Below are positions 1-13,209 of a stretch of 64,000 nucleotides of DNA, piece after piece; positions within the stretch are counted from its first letter, which is position 1, and the number at the start of each line of letters is the position of its first letter. The position numbers and the translations under genes were made by a program. The stretch is taken from positions 93,434,001 through 93,498,000 of the forward strand of contig NC_043005.1 of assembly GCF_006345805.1 (NCBI RefSeq), in the 5' to 3' direction. The notes under the pieces were generated by a model. That model saw only the letters and a list, made by a program, of their open reading frames with translations, ran no database searches and had not been told where the DNA came from. This DNA comes from Octopus sinensis. Taxonomy: Eukaryota.

Positions 1-796
1 TAAGTATGTGTGTTGGTCAGAGAGACAGAGAGAAAAGAGCGTGTGTGTGTGTGTGCAAGTGAACTTGTGTGTGTTCATTGACATGGTTCTAAAATGTAGA
101 TCCATTTAAATATCCTAAATTATAATGAATGTCCAAACATATAAATGTCCGTATATGCAAATGGGATTTATGATTGTGTGTGTGGGGGGGCGTATGTGTG
201 CGCGCGCGTCTATCCGTCTGTCTGTCTGTCTGTCTGTTCCCTCTTCACGGTCTGTTCCCTCTTCACGGTCAAACGGCGAGACCAATGGTCACAATGTCTT
301 TCGGGATTACGAAGGAGGTAATCAGGAAGGTTTTTAGCAAAAAAAAAAAATGTGAAAAAGTATGATTATTTGGTGGATATTGCGTTTTGTATTACCAAGA
401 CGCTCGTGAGGAAGGTTTTTAGCATTAAAGGCCAGGAAGTATAACTATTTCGTGGAGATCGATTTCTGAACTGATAAAACCACCTTCGCATTTTTATTAA
501 AATTTCACCGACCGCGAGTAACTCTGGATTTTCATCGTATAATTCGTGGCCCCATCGTACATACGAACTGGGTCGCGAGGACGGTTAATAACGAAAATAA
601 AATGGAAAAAGTGTGTGTTTATATATAGTGTGTGTGATTATTTAGTGGTTATTGAAGTGTGTCAGTCTCAAGCAGGATTCGAAACAGCTAATCGAAGCAG
701 CTGTTGTTTACATCTCAGTTTTGTCAATCAAAATAACACATGGTACCAGAACATCCGGACATTATTTGCACAGAACAGTGAGAGGTAAGCCTTAGT

Positions 797-1006
797 TTGA
801 TTTTTTGCAACCCTAAAGATTCCACTCGCGCATTCACAGCAAACAAGGCACAGGGCCAGACTTTAGATCGTGTAGGTGTATTTTTACTCACTCCGATGTT
901 TATACACGTCCAGTTATACGTTGTTATGTGTAGAGCAGCGGACTCCAGTAATCTGAGAATCAGTATCGACCTAACAGAATATACCGTCTACAAAGAAGTT
1001 TTGTAA
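797..1006 (+). pseudogene. Helitron PIF1-like helicase C-terminal remnant
   Basis: Translation AFTANKAQGQTLDRVGVFLLTPMFIHVQLYVVMCR...TVYKEVL* matches the Helitron RepHel C-terminus (FAMTINKSQGQTL..VG...PVFSHGQLYVA.SR...VYKEVL). Confidence 0.8.
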
Positions 1007-1045
1007 TCATGTTGATATTATCGAAAGGAATATGTTCAGTTCTAT

Positions 1046-1305
1046 ATTTAAGAGATGAGGAATTATTTGCATTATTTACATTTGACGGATATTTGACCTC
1101 ATCTTGTTTGTTGTTAACACAACGTTTCGGCTGAGATACCCTCCAGCCCTCATCAGGTATTTTGGGGAAATTTCGAACCTAGGTTCTCATTCCTAAGGTA
1201 TTTTTCAATATTAGTATTATTATTATAATTCAGGTCACTGCTTGGAATCGAACTCGGAATCTTGGGGTTAGTAGCCCGCGCTCTTAACCACTACGCCATA
1301 TGCCC
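1046..1305 (-). mobile_element. tRNA-derived SINE with a hammerhead-containing (Penelope-like) tail
   Basis: Minus strand reads GGGCATATGGCGTAGTGGTTAAG (A box), CTACTAA loop and GAGTTCGATTCC (B box), then an (AAT)n linker and a ~170 bp tail. The tail is repeated inverted at ~3860-4033 and the head again at 18441-18515. Confidence 0.8.
1116..1161 (-). ncRNA. Minimal type-I hammerhead ribozyme, intact core
   Basis: RNA reads AAUAC-CUGAUGA-G-GGCUG[GAGGGUAUCU]CAGCC-GAAACGUU-GUGUU. Stem I is AAUAC/GUGUU, stem II is GGCUG/CAGCC, stem III is the loop-less palindrome ACGU, and the cleavage triplet is GUU. Confidence 0.8.
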
Positions 1306-1337
1306 GTGGGCATATGATGATTATGATGATGATGATG

Positions 1338-1402
<65 letters not shown>

Positions 1403-1419
1403 GATAATAACAATAATAA

Positions 1420-3831
1420 ACTTACAAGAACAGGTATGGGAAGACATCTCAATCGCCGACCTAAGGAGGGCACTAACGAAGGCTCATAAGTGGAAATCCC
1501 CTGGTATTGATAGAGTACCAAATTTCTGGCTCTAATCACTCTCGTCCACACACAAAATGTTAGTAATACTATTTAATAGTATTATGAAAGACCCGGAAAA
1601 AACACCACATTGGATGGCTTACCTCCTCCCCCAAAACAACAAAACGAAAGACCCAAAAAACTACCGGCCTATAACATGTTTATCTACTACCTATAAGATT
1701 TTGACATCTATTCTGGTAGAGAAAACATATACGTTTATGGAAGGGATAACCTTTTTCCCACTGAACAAAAAGGATGCAGACGAGGCTCATACGGATGCAA
1801 AGATCAGCTCCTAATTAACCGCATGATCCTTGAGAACTGCCATAACAAGCGCAGAAATCTCAGCTCTTCATGGATTGATTATAAAAAAGCCTTTGACAGC
1901 ATACTACATTCGTGGATTCTGAAATCGCTGAACATTTTCAAAATTTTTCCTGTGATTTCAGATTTTTTAAAGTATAATATGTCACTATGGAACACGAAGC
2001 TCCAATTATGTCATTCTAATGGCGTATTGCACCCAAACAACATTAACATAAACTGTGGAATTTTCCAAGGTGACTCACTTTCACCACTAATTTTCTGCAT
2101 AGCACTAATACCACTGTCAAGTGAACTGAATAGAACAGGATATGGCTACAAAATTGACAACAGGAAAATAAGCCATCTATTTTATATGGACGACTTAAAG
2201 TTATATGGCAAAGATGATGAAGAGCTTGAAGGATTATTATATACTGTGAAAGGATTCAGTGATGATATCGGGATGGAGTTTGGCCTTGAAAAGTGTGCCA
2301 AAGCCACTTTTAAGAAAGGGAAATTGGTAAAGTCTAGTTCAATCGAATTAGATGTCGAAATAGTAATAAAGGAACTTGAGCAGGAACAAACTTATAAATA
2401 CGTAGGAATAAATGAATGCTCTGATATCCAGCATGCAAGTATGAAAGAGAATGTTATAGACGAGTTCGAGCAGTCCTGAAGTCTGAGCTGAATGCATATA
2501 ATATGGTTTTAGCCATAAATTCCTTAGCAGTACCAGTTGTTCTATATAGCTTCAATGTGCTTAACTGGAATACCAGTGACATAATGAAAATTGACAGAAA
2601 AATCCGAAAGCTACTGACTTGTAATAAGATGCACCATCCAAAGGCAGACGTGGATCGCCTTTACCTTCCCAGAGCTCAGGGAGGTTGAGGGTTGATCCAG
2701 CTTGAACTTACATACAAAAACGATTGGATGCTAAAACTTGTTGAAAAACATGAAAGACCTAAAAAACTTCACTCTATTCTCAAAGCAAAAAATTCGCTGC
2801 TGATTGAGCAGGCTGAAGGAAATACGCCAACTGCAGCTGCAAAGAAAATAAAATTAATTGCAAAGACAAAAGCACATGAAAATTTAGCTAGCAGATGGGA
2901 ACAGAAACCTCTCCATGGCAAGTATGTGGCCGGTAGCAAATAAGCTGATGTCGACCAGACACACACGCACCAATGGTTACGAAGTTCAGGGCTAAAAGCA
3001 GAGACTGAAGGTTTCATATTAGCTGCTCAAGACCAAAGCTTATTAACCTGGAACTACCAAGCCAATGTGATGAAAAATGGAGCTGACCTAAAATGCCAAT
3101 TCTGTTACGATGAGATTGAAACGATAGACCACTTAATCTCAGGGTGTAGAGTCTTAGCACCTGCAGAATATAAAGCAAGACATGACAGAGTCGGCCAGTA
3201 TTTACATTGGACAATATGTCGGCATTATAAAATCAAATCCGCTGACAAATGGTATAAACATCATCCTGAAGCTGTGACTGAGGGAGAAAATGTGTCGATT
3301 CTATGGGACTTCCCCGAGCAGACCGACAGGACTATAAAAGCTAATAAACCGGATACTATTATAAAAGATCAGACAAAAAGGATGTGTTTATTAATTGACA
3401 TGAGTATTCCCTGTGATCACAATATAGCGGCGAAAGAATTTGACAAGATTAGTAAATATAAAGACCTGCTAATAGAAATTGAAAAAATGTGGCATCTCAA
3501 GGCGACTACAGTACCAGTGATTGTAGGATCTCTAGGAATGATAAAAAAAAGGGTACTGAAACCTATTTGAAAATTATTCCAGGCTTACCATCCCTACAGG
3601 AAGTGCAAAAAATCGTATTAACTGGAACGGCTCATGTACTGAGAAGAGCACTATCGCTGTGAAGATAACATCCATCCATGAATTTATTTATTTAAAAATT
3701 TTTAAATACATATTTTATCTGTGAATTTGCGCGTGTAATCTGGGAATGCATACAATGCCCTTCTCTGTCCTAGGTGTATGGAAAACACTCGGCGAGAAAC
3801 GGAAGAAAATTTGAAGAAAGAAGGAAAAAAC

Positions 3832-3832
<1 letters not shown>
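1420..3832 (+). mobile_element. 5'-truncated R4/Dong-clade non-LTR retrotransposon (RT + CCHC + REL endonuclease), degenerate
   Basis: RT motifs NYRPITCL, WIDYKKAFDS, GIFQGDSLSP and LFYMDDLKLY; CQFC..ETIDHLISGC zinc knuckle; KPD...LIDMSIP PD-(D/E)xK endonuclease. Flanked on both sides by (AAT)n; multiple stops and frameshifts. Confidence 0.93.
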
Positions 3833-3859
<27 letters not shown>

Positions 3860-3863
<4 letters not shown>

Positions 3864-4033
3864 TAATAATAATAATAACAACAACAACATGGAAAAATAC
3901 CTTAGGAATGAGAACTCAGGTTGGAAATTTCCCCAAGACACTCGATGAAGGCTGGAGGGTATATCAGCCGAAACGTTGTGTTAACAATAAACAAGATGAG
4001 GACAAATATCCGTCAAATGTAAATAATGTAAAT
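3860..4033 (+). mobile_element. Tail of the hammerhead SINE (second, inverted copy; core mutated to UCGAUGA)
   Basis: Diverged reverse complement of ~1062-1230. Contains GACAC-TCGATGA-A-GGCTG...CAGCC-GAAACGTT-GTGTT at 3937-3982. Confidence 0.8.
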
Positions 4034-4591
4034 ATTGAAAAGAATACGTTTCATTATTTAAATAAGGAAAGTTGTGAACTTTGAATGTATAAGAATATAA
4101 ACAAGCGTAAAAAAGTGTAAACAACTAAAATAAAAGTATATCTAAATAACATTTGTTTCCTTAATACTTTTTATGTAGTGGTCGAAGGAAACCCTAGATT
4201 TCGTTAAGAGTGGTCCACATAACTATTCGTGATACAGAAGCTGGGAACCTATTTCAGTTCGGGAGTGATTCATGATCGCATGTCCCTTAGTTGCAAACAC
4301 AAGTCCTATAGCTGCAATAGACTGCTGTATCACCAACAATAATGGGATTTCCCTAAGATCATCACCCAGTATTCTATCAAAGTCCATTCACGCATTTCTC
4401 AATACATATATTGCTGTTATGACTTCCCTCCCTCGTTTTATGCCTCCATCGTAGATTTGTTAGTACTTGTAAAAATTAGATCTGTTCACAGGACCACATA
4501 TACTGACGAGCATCACGAACAAGTACGTATATGCCGTACATCTACACATTAACAACACACACACACACACATACACGTTTGTAGGCACATA

Positions 4592-5158
4592 CACTACCGT
4601 CAGAAATAAATTAGCACCCTTGATTTGCTCACCATGAAGCATGGTGGGGGTGGTCTGATGGTGTGAGGGGCGTTCAGCTACAGTGGTGTTGGGCGGCTCT
4701 ATGCCGTCGAAGGCAACATCAACGCAGCAAAGTACGTTGAGATAGTACGGGATACCTCTTTGGTGGCGAGGAGTACGTGCTGGCCAGTCACCTGACCTGA
4801 ACCCTATTGAGAACCTCTGGAGTCGATTGGGTAGGGATTTGAATGTGCAGCAATACAGGAACCGACACGAGCTGTTTGGGGCACTTCTTGCTGCATGAGG
4901 GGCCATCCCTGCACAGTACCTGCAGGCACTCATAGACAGCATGCCGACCCGCGTAGCAGCTGTCATTGCTGTCAAAGGAGGAGCAACAAGATATTGACTA
5001 AATTTCACGATTAATAACAATTATGTGGTGTGCTGGGATATGTCTTAATAAATTTTTGATTAAAAACGAGTTCATTTCTGATAATAAGTTAATTAAATTA
5101 AGAAAATGTAAGAAAATGTAGAAATTTGAGAAGTACTAATTAATTTCCGACGCAAGTG
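4592..5158 (+). mobile_element. Internally deleted Tc1/mariner DNA transposon
   Basis: TA-flanked imperfect TIRs (CACTACCGTCAGAAATAAATTAG / CTAATTAATTTCCGACGCAAGTG). Transposase remnants TMKHGGGGLMV*GAFS, SPDLNPIENLW and SMPTRVAAVIAVKGGATRY*. Confidence 0.92.
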
Positions 5159-5269
5159 TACATATATTTACATACCCCGATAGAAAAACGAAATCTTCCA
5201 AAGGTGTTCCATCTCTTTCGATGAAATGAGGCTCGCTACCACGACCACCACCATCACCACGCACATTCC

Positions 5270-5537
5270 TGGCAGAATTTGATTCCTGGTAGCGCGTTGT
5301 ATCCTTGAGCAAGACACTTTATTTCACGTTGCTCCTGTTCACTCAGCTGGCAAAAATAAGCAGTAGTTGTAATTCGAAGGACCAGCCTTGTCGCATTCCG
5401 CGTCACGCTGAATCTCCATGGGGACTGCATTAAGGGCATGCGTGTCTGTGGAGTACGCAGCCACTTGCACGTTAATTTCACGAGCAGGTTGTTCCGACCA
5501 ACTGGAACCCTTGTCGTCGTTGCTGACGGAGTCCCAT
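5270..5537 (+). mobile_element. SINE (family with CCTTGAGCAAGACACTTTA core)
   Basis: Homologous inverted copy at ~37385-37705, which carries a tRNA-like head; partial copy at ~56260-56345. Confidence 0.7.
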
Positions 5538-5944
5538 TTTACTTTTTGTTCTTATCTTGATACATAAATTGTCTAAAGTAACATTATCTGCTACGTGTGT
5601 CTCCTCCCCTTTTTTTCCATCATGTTTTTAGGAAGATATGGTTGCTATTTGAAACATTGTGAGGATTGGTAGAATAATAGCTTATATCCGGTTTCTGTAG
5701 TGTTCAGTGGATAAAATAACACCACTACCACCAGCTTCACCAACACCATTGCAACCACCACCACAATCACCATAACTATCACTGCAACTTCTATCACCAA
5801 CGCAACCAACATCAACACCACTAACACCGCTCGCTAGAAAAGAGAGTTGGAAAAGAGTGACGAATTAACGATGAAAGAAATATTTTACTCACTGAGTGCG
5901 CAGAAGAGGTATGTCACACCTAATGATATATATATATAAAGTAT

Positions 5945-6120
5945 ACTAGCCATCTCAATATGGCTAACCACTAAGGGTGGATGTTACTGTAGCTTTTAGC
6001 CCCAGGAGATCATCGTTTCCAGCTGGCTTTAGGCACACTTTCCGTGCCCTTATGGTATTTGCAAAGGGAGGTCATCCCTCTCTCGTAAACCTAAGTGATA
6101 CGCACGGACTGCAGTTTCGT
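5945..6120 (-). mobile_element. Non-autonomous repeat ending in a hairpin plus CTAG (Helitron-like 3' end)
   Basis: Second copy at ~16266-16436. The minus strand ends TAGCCAT-ATTGAG-ATGGCTAGT. Confidence 0.5.
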
Positions 6121-6269
6121 CTTGTCAACGTACGGCAATCACTGGTTTTTCGATGGGGGGACCTGTTTGCAAATATCTATATTTCTGTCACTGATTTCGA
6201 AAAACTGTCTGCAAGCAATAATAAATCTCTGAACGAGATGTAAACAATAACCGCTCGACAACGTAAAAT

Positions 6270-6390
6270 GGCTTGATTGTCCCGAGGCTATAATAGAAGA
6301 CACTTGCCCAAGGTTCCACGCAGTGGAACTGAACCAGGAACCATGTAGTTGAGAAGCAAACTTCTTACCACACAGCTATGCCTGCGCATT
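6270..6390 (-). mobile_element. tRNA-SINE head fragment (same family as 10780-11188)
   Basis: GAAGACACTTGCCCAAGG...GAACCAGGAACCATG...CTTACCACACAGC similarity. Confidence 0.75.
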
Positions 6391-7714
6391 TATATATATA
6401 TATATGCACACACATATGTGTATATATATGGTGTGTGTGTGTGTGTGTGTGTGCCTGCACGAATATATATGTGTATGAGTGTGTAAGAGCGCGTGCGAGG
6501 CAAGACATTAAACTGTATCCAATGGTGAGAGCTCAGCTGGAGAGTTCAGGAGTTTAAGAGAGTATGGAGTTACCAATTAGTTCCCACTGCTTCCAGGTCC
6601 GCTTTGGTCCCGGGTCGGGAGTTCCTGTCAAGGGCCCAGGTATGCGTCAAGCTGGAGCATCTGTTCCGGCGGCTTGAAGCATACTGTACTCAGGGGAAGC
6701 TGGACACTTGTCACGTCACACAAAGCCATCAGTGTGTCACTATGCCCTGGGGCCAGGCAAACCAATTCCCCCGTTTTACCAGAGTAAACTCTTTACAAAA
6801 TAAACTGACAGAAGTCAACGGGAAACCCCGGCTGTATCTTTATATTTCTCAAGAAAACTCATGAACCTTCGGATTTTGGAATGGAGCTACGTCCTACAGT
6901 CCTGCCTTTGGAACATGAAGAGAGAAAAATTGACATAATCAAGATCAGCGATGCAGAACCTTTTCGTATGAAATAGACTAATTTGAAGAATCAAATTTAG
7001 AGAAGGCCTGCACCGTGGAATTACAAAAATAAGTCATATTTTTTAATAATCTTTTTGTCAGTACTCAAGACTTTTTGCAAGGGTTTTTCAACCCTTTTTT
7101 CAAGGGCTTTCCGTACTAGTGGGGTGGAAGGCGTAAGGTATTCTCAAAGTGGAGACCTGGCAGTAAATGGTAAAATGGTTTTTATTTGTTAAGGTTATCT
7201 TTACAAATCTTCTAAAGAAATTTTGTAGAGATTCTCCATTTTTCATTTTCGATCTCATTGCTGTTTACATTAGGCGTCTCGGATACGAAACGTCGGAAAC
7301 AAAATCGGTGTTGGTTTTAATTTCTATAGAAAATCAGCAGAAATAACTTTAACAAGTAATGTAAGAGCACTACTAACACAATAGAACACGGTATTGACTT
7401 ATAAAAGCGTTTGATATACTTTGTATATATTATGGTTATATAACGAAATGCCGCGTCCCTACAGGTCATTAAGATGCATATTTAGTTATCGCTAAAAAGA
7501 TAGGATTTAAATTTGATTTTACATTTTAACGACTGAGGCAAATAAATTCCATTTTGAATATATATACTGTATATGTATGAGACAGAAATTTTAATGAGAT
7601 ATATATATATAAGGTCGAACTCCATCAAGCTTGGTAATGGCCACTTTAACTTTTTCGTTATTGTATTTCTGTTGAGATGCTCTGTGTTTCTTTCAATTAA
7701 TTTTAAATACAACA

Positions 7715-7874
7715 AAGAATTTAGTGAAATAACTTAGTTATCATTAAGTTAGTGTTAGGAACATAAATTGTGTCTAAGGTTTTGTGGAAGATTTTAATTC
7801 AGAACTTTTTTAAACAAGACATTTGTACTGTAGAGCCCGAGGCGGTTTCAGTCGGGTTGGTACCAAAAGGGTTA
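7715..7874. mobile_element. Possible piggyBac-type MITE end
   Basis: Terminates in ...CCAAAAGGG-TTAA (CCC terminus plus TTAA site). The partner end was not identified. Confidence 0.35.
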
Positions 7875-8762
7875 ACGTTTGTTAATGAAATCTTAAATAT
7901 TTGATGTAGGAGATATGTCAGTAAACCTGGATTTCACGGATTTCAATTTTGAAAACGTTATACGGGAAGAATGAGTAGGTTGGAAACCCTGATTTATAAA
8001 ATAAATACCAGAAATATACAAATGTCTTACAGAACGACTAAGTAATTTCATCCTTTGAAAAGAAAATGCTAAGAAAAATAATAAAACAGAAAACGAAACA
8101 GATATCAAGATAAGAGAGGTGGGAGATATAATGAAAGACAAAGAGAGAAAGAGAGTAAGAGAGTCAGATAAAAAAAAAGATACAGAGAGAAAGATAAAGA
8201 GAATGTATGAAGGAAAGGAGAAACTATAATAAAGGACAAGTGAGAAAGGAGAGAAAAACAAGTGAAATAGAAAAGAAATACCTTCGTAACTTGCTAAAAA
8301 CAAAAACCATAACAAAAAGCAAAAAAAAAATAACGAATGAAAGACGAGTAAAATGAGTCATTTGTTTTGGCTCTCAAGTGTCAAATGAAACACACGTGAC
8401 TTGGAGAAGATCTGGGGGGAAATGATTTCTAAGTAAACTCAAGTTTTATATGCAATGTTATGACTATTATGTATTTTGCATAGAAATTCTTGTCTAGGTG
8501 TGTGTAAGAAAGTTGTGTTTATGGTCAGGTTGCTGGTGTTAAACCCTAGGCTGGACTTAATCGATCATATCCCCCCTGTCCTTCTTTTTATATGTTACAC
8601 CTAAGATTACATCATTCAGTGTGTCCTTGTTTGTTATAAAGAACTTATTGTTTGAGGGTGATTTGGTTGCTATTTCATTGGCTCCACAAATGTAAACTAA
8701 TAACCATATGTCTTGAAGTCAAATATCACAGCCCTCTAACTGTGATATTACAGCCCCACCGA

Positions 8763-8883
8763 GCCCGTCTTAACCATAAAGGACCCCGAGGAAAGTGATG
8801 CACTGGAATCTCCCCGTACACAAGGAAAGCTGACGAATTAACATTTGACTCAAAGACTTGCGTCCATGCCTTAAGACGGCACT
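8763..8883. mobile_element. Short MITE
   Basis: Terminal inverted repeats CCGTCTTAA ... TTAAGACGG about 120 bp apart. Confidence 0.45.
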
Positions 8884-8999
8884 GCTACATGTCCGCCCAA
8901 CGCAACAGTGTTGCAACGTGGTTAGATGAGTTACGAAGTGGGTGCACTACAAGACTTATCACATCAAAAGCGAAACAAACTCTCCTGGCGACAGCTGTT

Positions 9000-9812
9000 G
9001 CAAAACAACCGGACAGAAAATCACATGGGAGAGGCTTGTGAGTTAATTATTGGTACAGAAAGCTCGCTTTCTGTAGAGCAACCCTCGTTAACCAATTCAA
9101 AATAGCAATGAAGGCTTGGTGTATCAAACTGATTGGCATTCGTATGTACACCACGAGTATCTAAAAGCAAGGGACGCATGAGGACAAAAACCACAGACCC
9201 ATAGGATGCCTGAATATGATGTATAACTTACACACGGGGTGCTTCAATGCATTCCGGCATGATCACTGTGAAACACAGAAGGAAAGAAAGGAGTCTGGGT
9301 TTGTGCCGGACAGCTCGGCAAAACTGTCTCGAAGGAAGCGAAATAATACAGCTGAAAACTGCTGACTCTATGGCTAGACTCAGTACAGCCTTTCCAAGCT
9401 GCCAACTGCTATAATCGACGCCATGAAGAGACTGACTGCAACAGGACCCACACAGCTATTGATACCAGTTGAAGCTACTCTAGTCACTAACAGAATTAGG
9501 CTGTCAACAAGGCCATTTCAGGGCGACAGCTTATCTGTAATACTATTCGTCCCAGCAGTAAACCCATTGTCGACCCTGTTAACGAAATGTTAAGCAATAT
9601 GATAGGATCTGTAAATGAAAGAAAAGTCACTCACACTTCTTTGTTTTATTTTTAATTTTGTAATGATCTTAATCTGTACGTGAGTAATATTCACGACATC
9701 AAAAGACAGAACTGGTTGCAACCTTTTCGTGGGAAACGGGAATCGAGTTTGGTTAGGATAAGTGTTCATATTTGTAATCAAACAAGGAAAGATTATGGAT
9801 ACCAACAGCCTG
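9000..9812 (+). pseudogene. R4/Dong-like LINE RT remnant
   Basis: Degenerate NHRPIGCLNMMY, FQGDSLSVILFVPAVNPLS and GIEFG*DKC motifs. Confidence 0.75.
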
Positions 9813-10103
9813 TCTTTCATTTACAGATCCTATCATATTGCTTAACATTTCGTTAACAGGGTCGACAATGGGTTTACTGCTGGGACGAATAGTATTACAG
9901 ATAAGCTGTCGCCCTGAAATGGCCTTGTTGACAGCCTAATTCTGTTAGTGACTAGAGTAGCTTCAACTGGTATCAATAGCTGTGTGGGTCCTGTTGCAGT
10001 CAGTCTCTTCATGGCGTCGATTATAGCAGTTGGCAGCTTGGAAAGGCTGTACTGAGTCTAACCATAGAGTCAGCAGTTTTCAGCTGTATTATTTCGCTTC
10101 CTT
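9332..10103. repeat. Near-perfect inverted duplication (arms ~9332-9622 and ~9813-10103)
   Basis: Arms of about 290 bp are reverse complements with about one mismatch seen; spacer about 190 bp. Confidence 0.9.
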
Positions 10104-10109
10104 TTAATG

Positions 10110-10400
10110 CCTTCGAGTGACATTTTGTGTCATTAAGACAACACCTTCACCAACGAAAGCTTCGTTCGATCTTAAGCATCAAATGAGAACTTAATGCGAC
10201 CGACAATAAGTCTTGGAAAGAGCTAACAGCCAAAGCATCGAATCGCTGATCATGAAACTCGGTATTCGATGGTCAGGACATGTAGCAAGAATGGAAGAGT
10301 CACGGCCAAGTCTTATTCAGTAAGCTCACTTCAGGGAAAAGACCACGGGGTTGCCTTCTTCGAAGATACAAGTACCAACTCAAAGCAACACTGAAAGAAA
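10110..10400 (+). pseudogene. RTE-clade LINE C-terminal remnant
   Basis: HLHQRKLRSILSIK, VLERANSQSIESLIMKLGIRWSGHVARMEESR and GKRPRG..RRYK. Confidence 0.8.
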
Positions 10401-10454
10401 ACTATATATATATATATATATTTAAAAAAAGGAGATGTCGAACACGAGTGGTGA

Positions 10455-10737
10455 TATATAAAAAAGGAAATGAAGAAAATGCTGACAAATAATTGAAGTA
10501 ATTTAAGTAATTTAATTAGGTGAAAGTTCTTTTTACCGGTTGCGCATTTGTTATGCTTATCAAAATATAAAAGAGAGATTAGAGTTCCTTTCTTATAGAA
10601 AAATTCTATAAGAAAGGAACTCTAATCTCTCTTTTATATTTTGATAAGCATAACAAATGCGCAACCGGTAAAAAGAACTTTCACCTAATTAAATTACTTA
10701 AATTACTTCAATTATTTGTCAGCATTTTCTTCATTTC

Positions 10738-10748
<11 letters not shown>
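10455..10748. repeat. Perfect palindrome (~140 bp arms, 3-nt loop at 10601-10603)
   Basis: Centre is TTATAGAA-AAA-TTCTATAA; the arms are complementary out to the flanking TA-rich ends. Confidence 0.92.
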
Positions 10749-11558
<810 letters not shown>

Positions 11559-11560
11559 GG

Positions 11561-12026
11561 TGTTTATTTTTCTGTTTCGGTTTGTATTGCTTAATGGTTA
11601 ATATATTCACATCGCAACCAAGAGATCCTATGTTCGATCTCAATGCGTAGCATCTTGGGCAAGTGCAATTTTCTATAGCTTCAGGCTGATCTATACTTAA
11701 TGACTCTTTATCCATCGTGTATATAATAGACTTATATCTCATATATGTAACACACTGAGTTGAGAAACTTGGATTAGCTGTGATTATTCAAGCATTGGTA
11801 GACACAAACTGCCTCGAGGGAATCTTTAAAATCTAAAACAACAAACAGGGACATGATAAATGCAGTATAGGTATAGATCCGGTCTTTAAGCTAACTGGTG
11901 GAAACAACGAAGGTTCTGCGGTATTATTAGACCTTTTCAGCGAAGAATAATTTTTCTCGGTTGGCCAGACTAACAGTGATCTATCTATCCGTCAGTAGAT
12001 AGATAAACAGATTGATAGGTAGGTGA

Positions 12027-12075
<49 letters not shown>

Positions 12076-12302
12076 AAATCCACTCACAAGGCATTGGTCG
12101 GCCCGGGGCTATAGCAGAAGACACTTGCCCAAGATGCCACGCAGTGGGACTGAACCTATATATATATAGGCGCAGGGGTGGCTGTGTGGTAAGTAGCTTG
12201 CTAACCAACCACATGGTTCCGGGTTCAGTCCCACTGCGTGGCATCTTGGGCAAGTGTCTTCTGCTATAGCCCCGGGCCGACCAATGCCTTGTGAGTGGAT
12301 TT

Positions 12303-12399
<97 letters not shown>

Positions 12400-12867
12400 T
12401 CACCTACCTATCAATCTGTTTATCTATCTACTGACGGATAGATAGATCACTGTTAGTCTGGCCAACCGAGAAAAATTATTCTTCGCTGAAAAGGTCTAAT
12501 AATACCGCAGAACCTTCGTTGTTTCCACCAGTTAGCTTAAAGACCGGATCTATACCTATACTGCATTTATCATGTCCCTGTTTGTTGTTTTAGATTTTAA
12601 AGATTCCCTCGAGGCAGTTTGTGTCTACCAATTGCTTGAATAATCACAGCTAATCCAAGTTTCTCAACTCAGTGTGTTACATATATGAGATATAAGTCTA
12701 TTATATACACGATGGATAAAGAGTCATTAAGTATAGATCTGCCTGAAGCTATAGAAAATTGCACTTGCCCAAGATGCTACGCATTGAGATCGAACATAGG
12801 ATCTCTTGGTTGCGATGTGAATATATTAACCATTAAGCAATACAAACCGAAACAGAAAAATAAACAA
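11561..12867. repeat. Large palindrome (~600 bp arms) centred on a SINE head
   Basis: 11561-12155 is the reverse complement of 12222-12867, apart from (TA)n length, about one substitution and about one indel. Confidence 0.92.
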
Positions 12868-13153
12868 AAACATTGCCAATGTAAGGAATAGTCTGCCTCG
12901 CTCGCAACAAAACGTCTGAAGATATTTTGCTTAACTTAGTGACAATAAAAGTAACACATTTGTAAGGCCGCACAGTAGAGTTTGACCCAACGTGGGAAAC
13001 TTTGAAGGTCGGTTATTGTCCCACGACTAACTTTTGTCATTCTATCAATTGGCCGGATATGTTCGGTTTTATGAATGACATGTCTCAAAGCACCAAACAA
13101 CCCATGCTACTCTCTGATGTGCGCGCGTACATGTGTGTGTGTGTGTATATATA

Positions 13154-13209
<56 letters not shown>

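Noticed and set aside
1232-1305. Genuine tRNA-Ser(ACT) gene
   Set aside because: Acceptor and T stems pair poorly and it is attached to a repeat tail, so it is a SINE head.
4498-4535. CTGACGA...GAAC...GTA hammerhead-like string
   Set aside because: There is no real stem II and the GAAA is incomplete.
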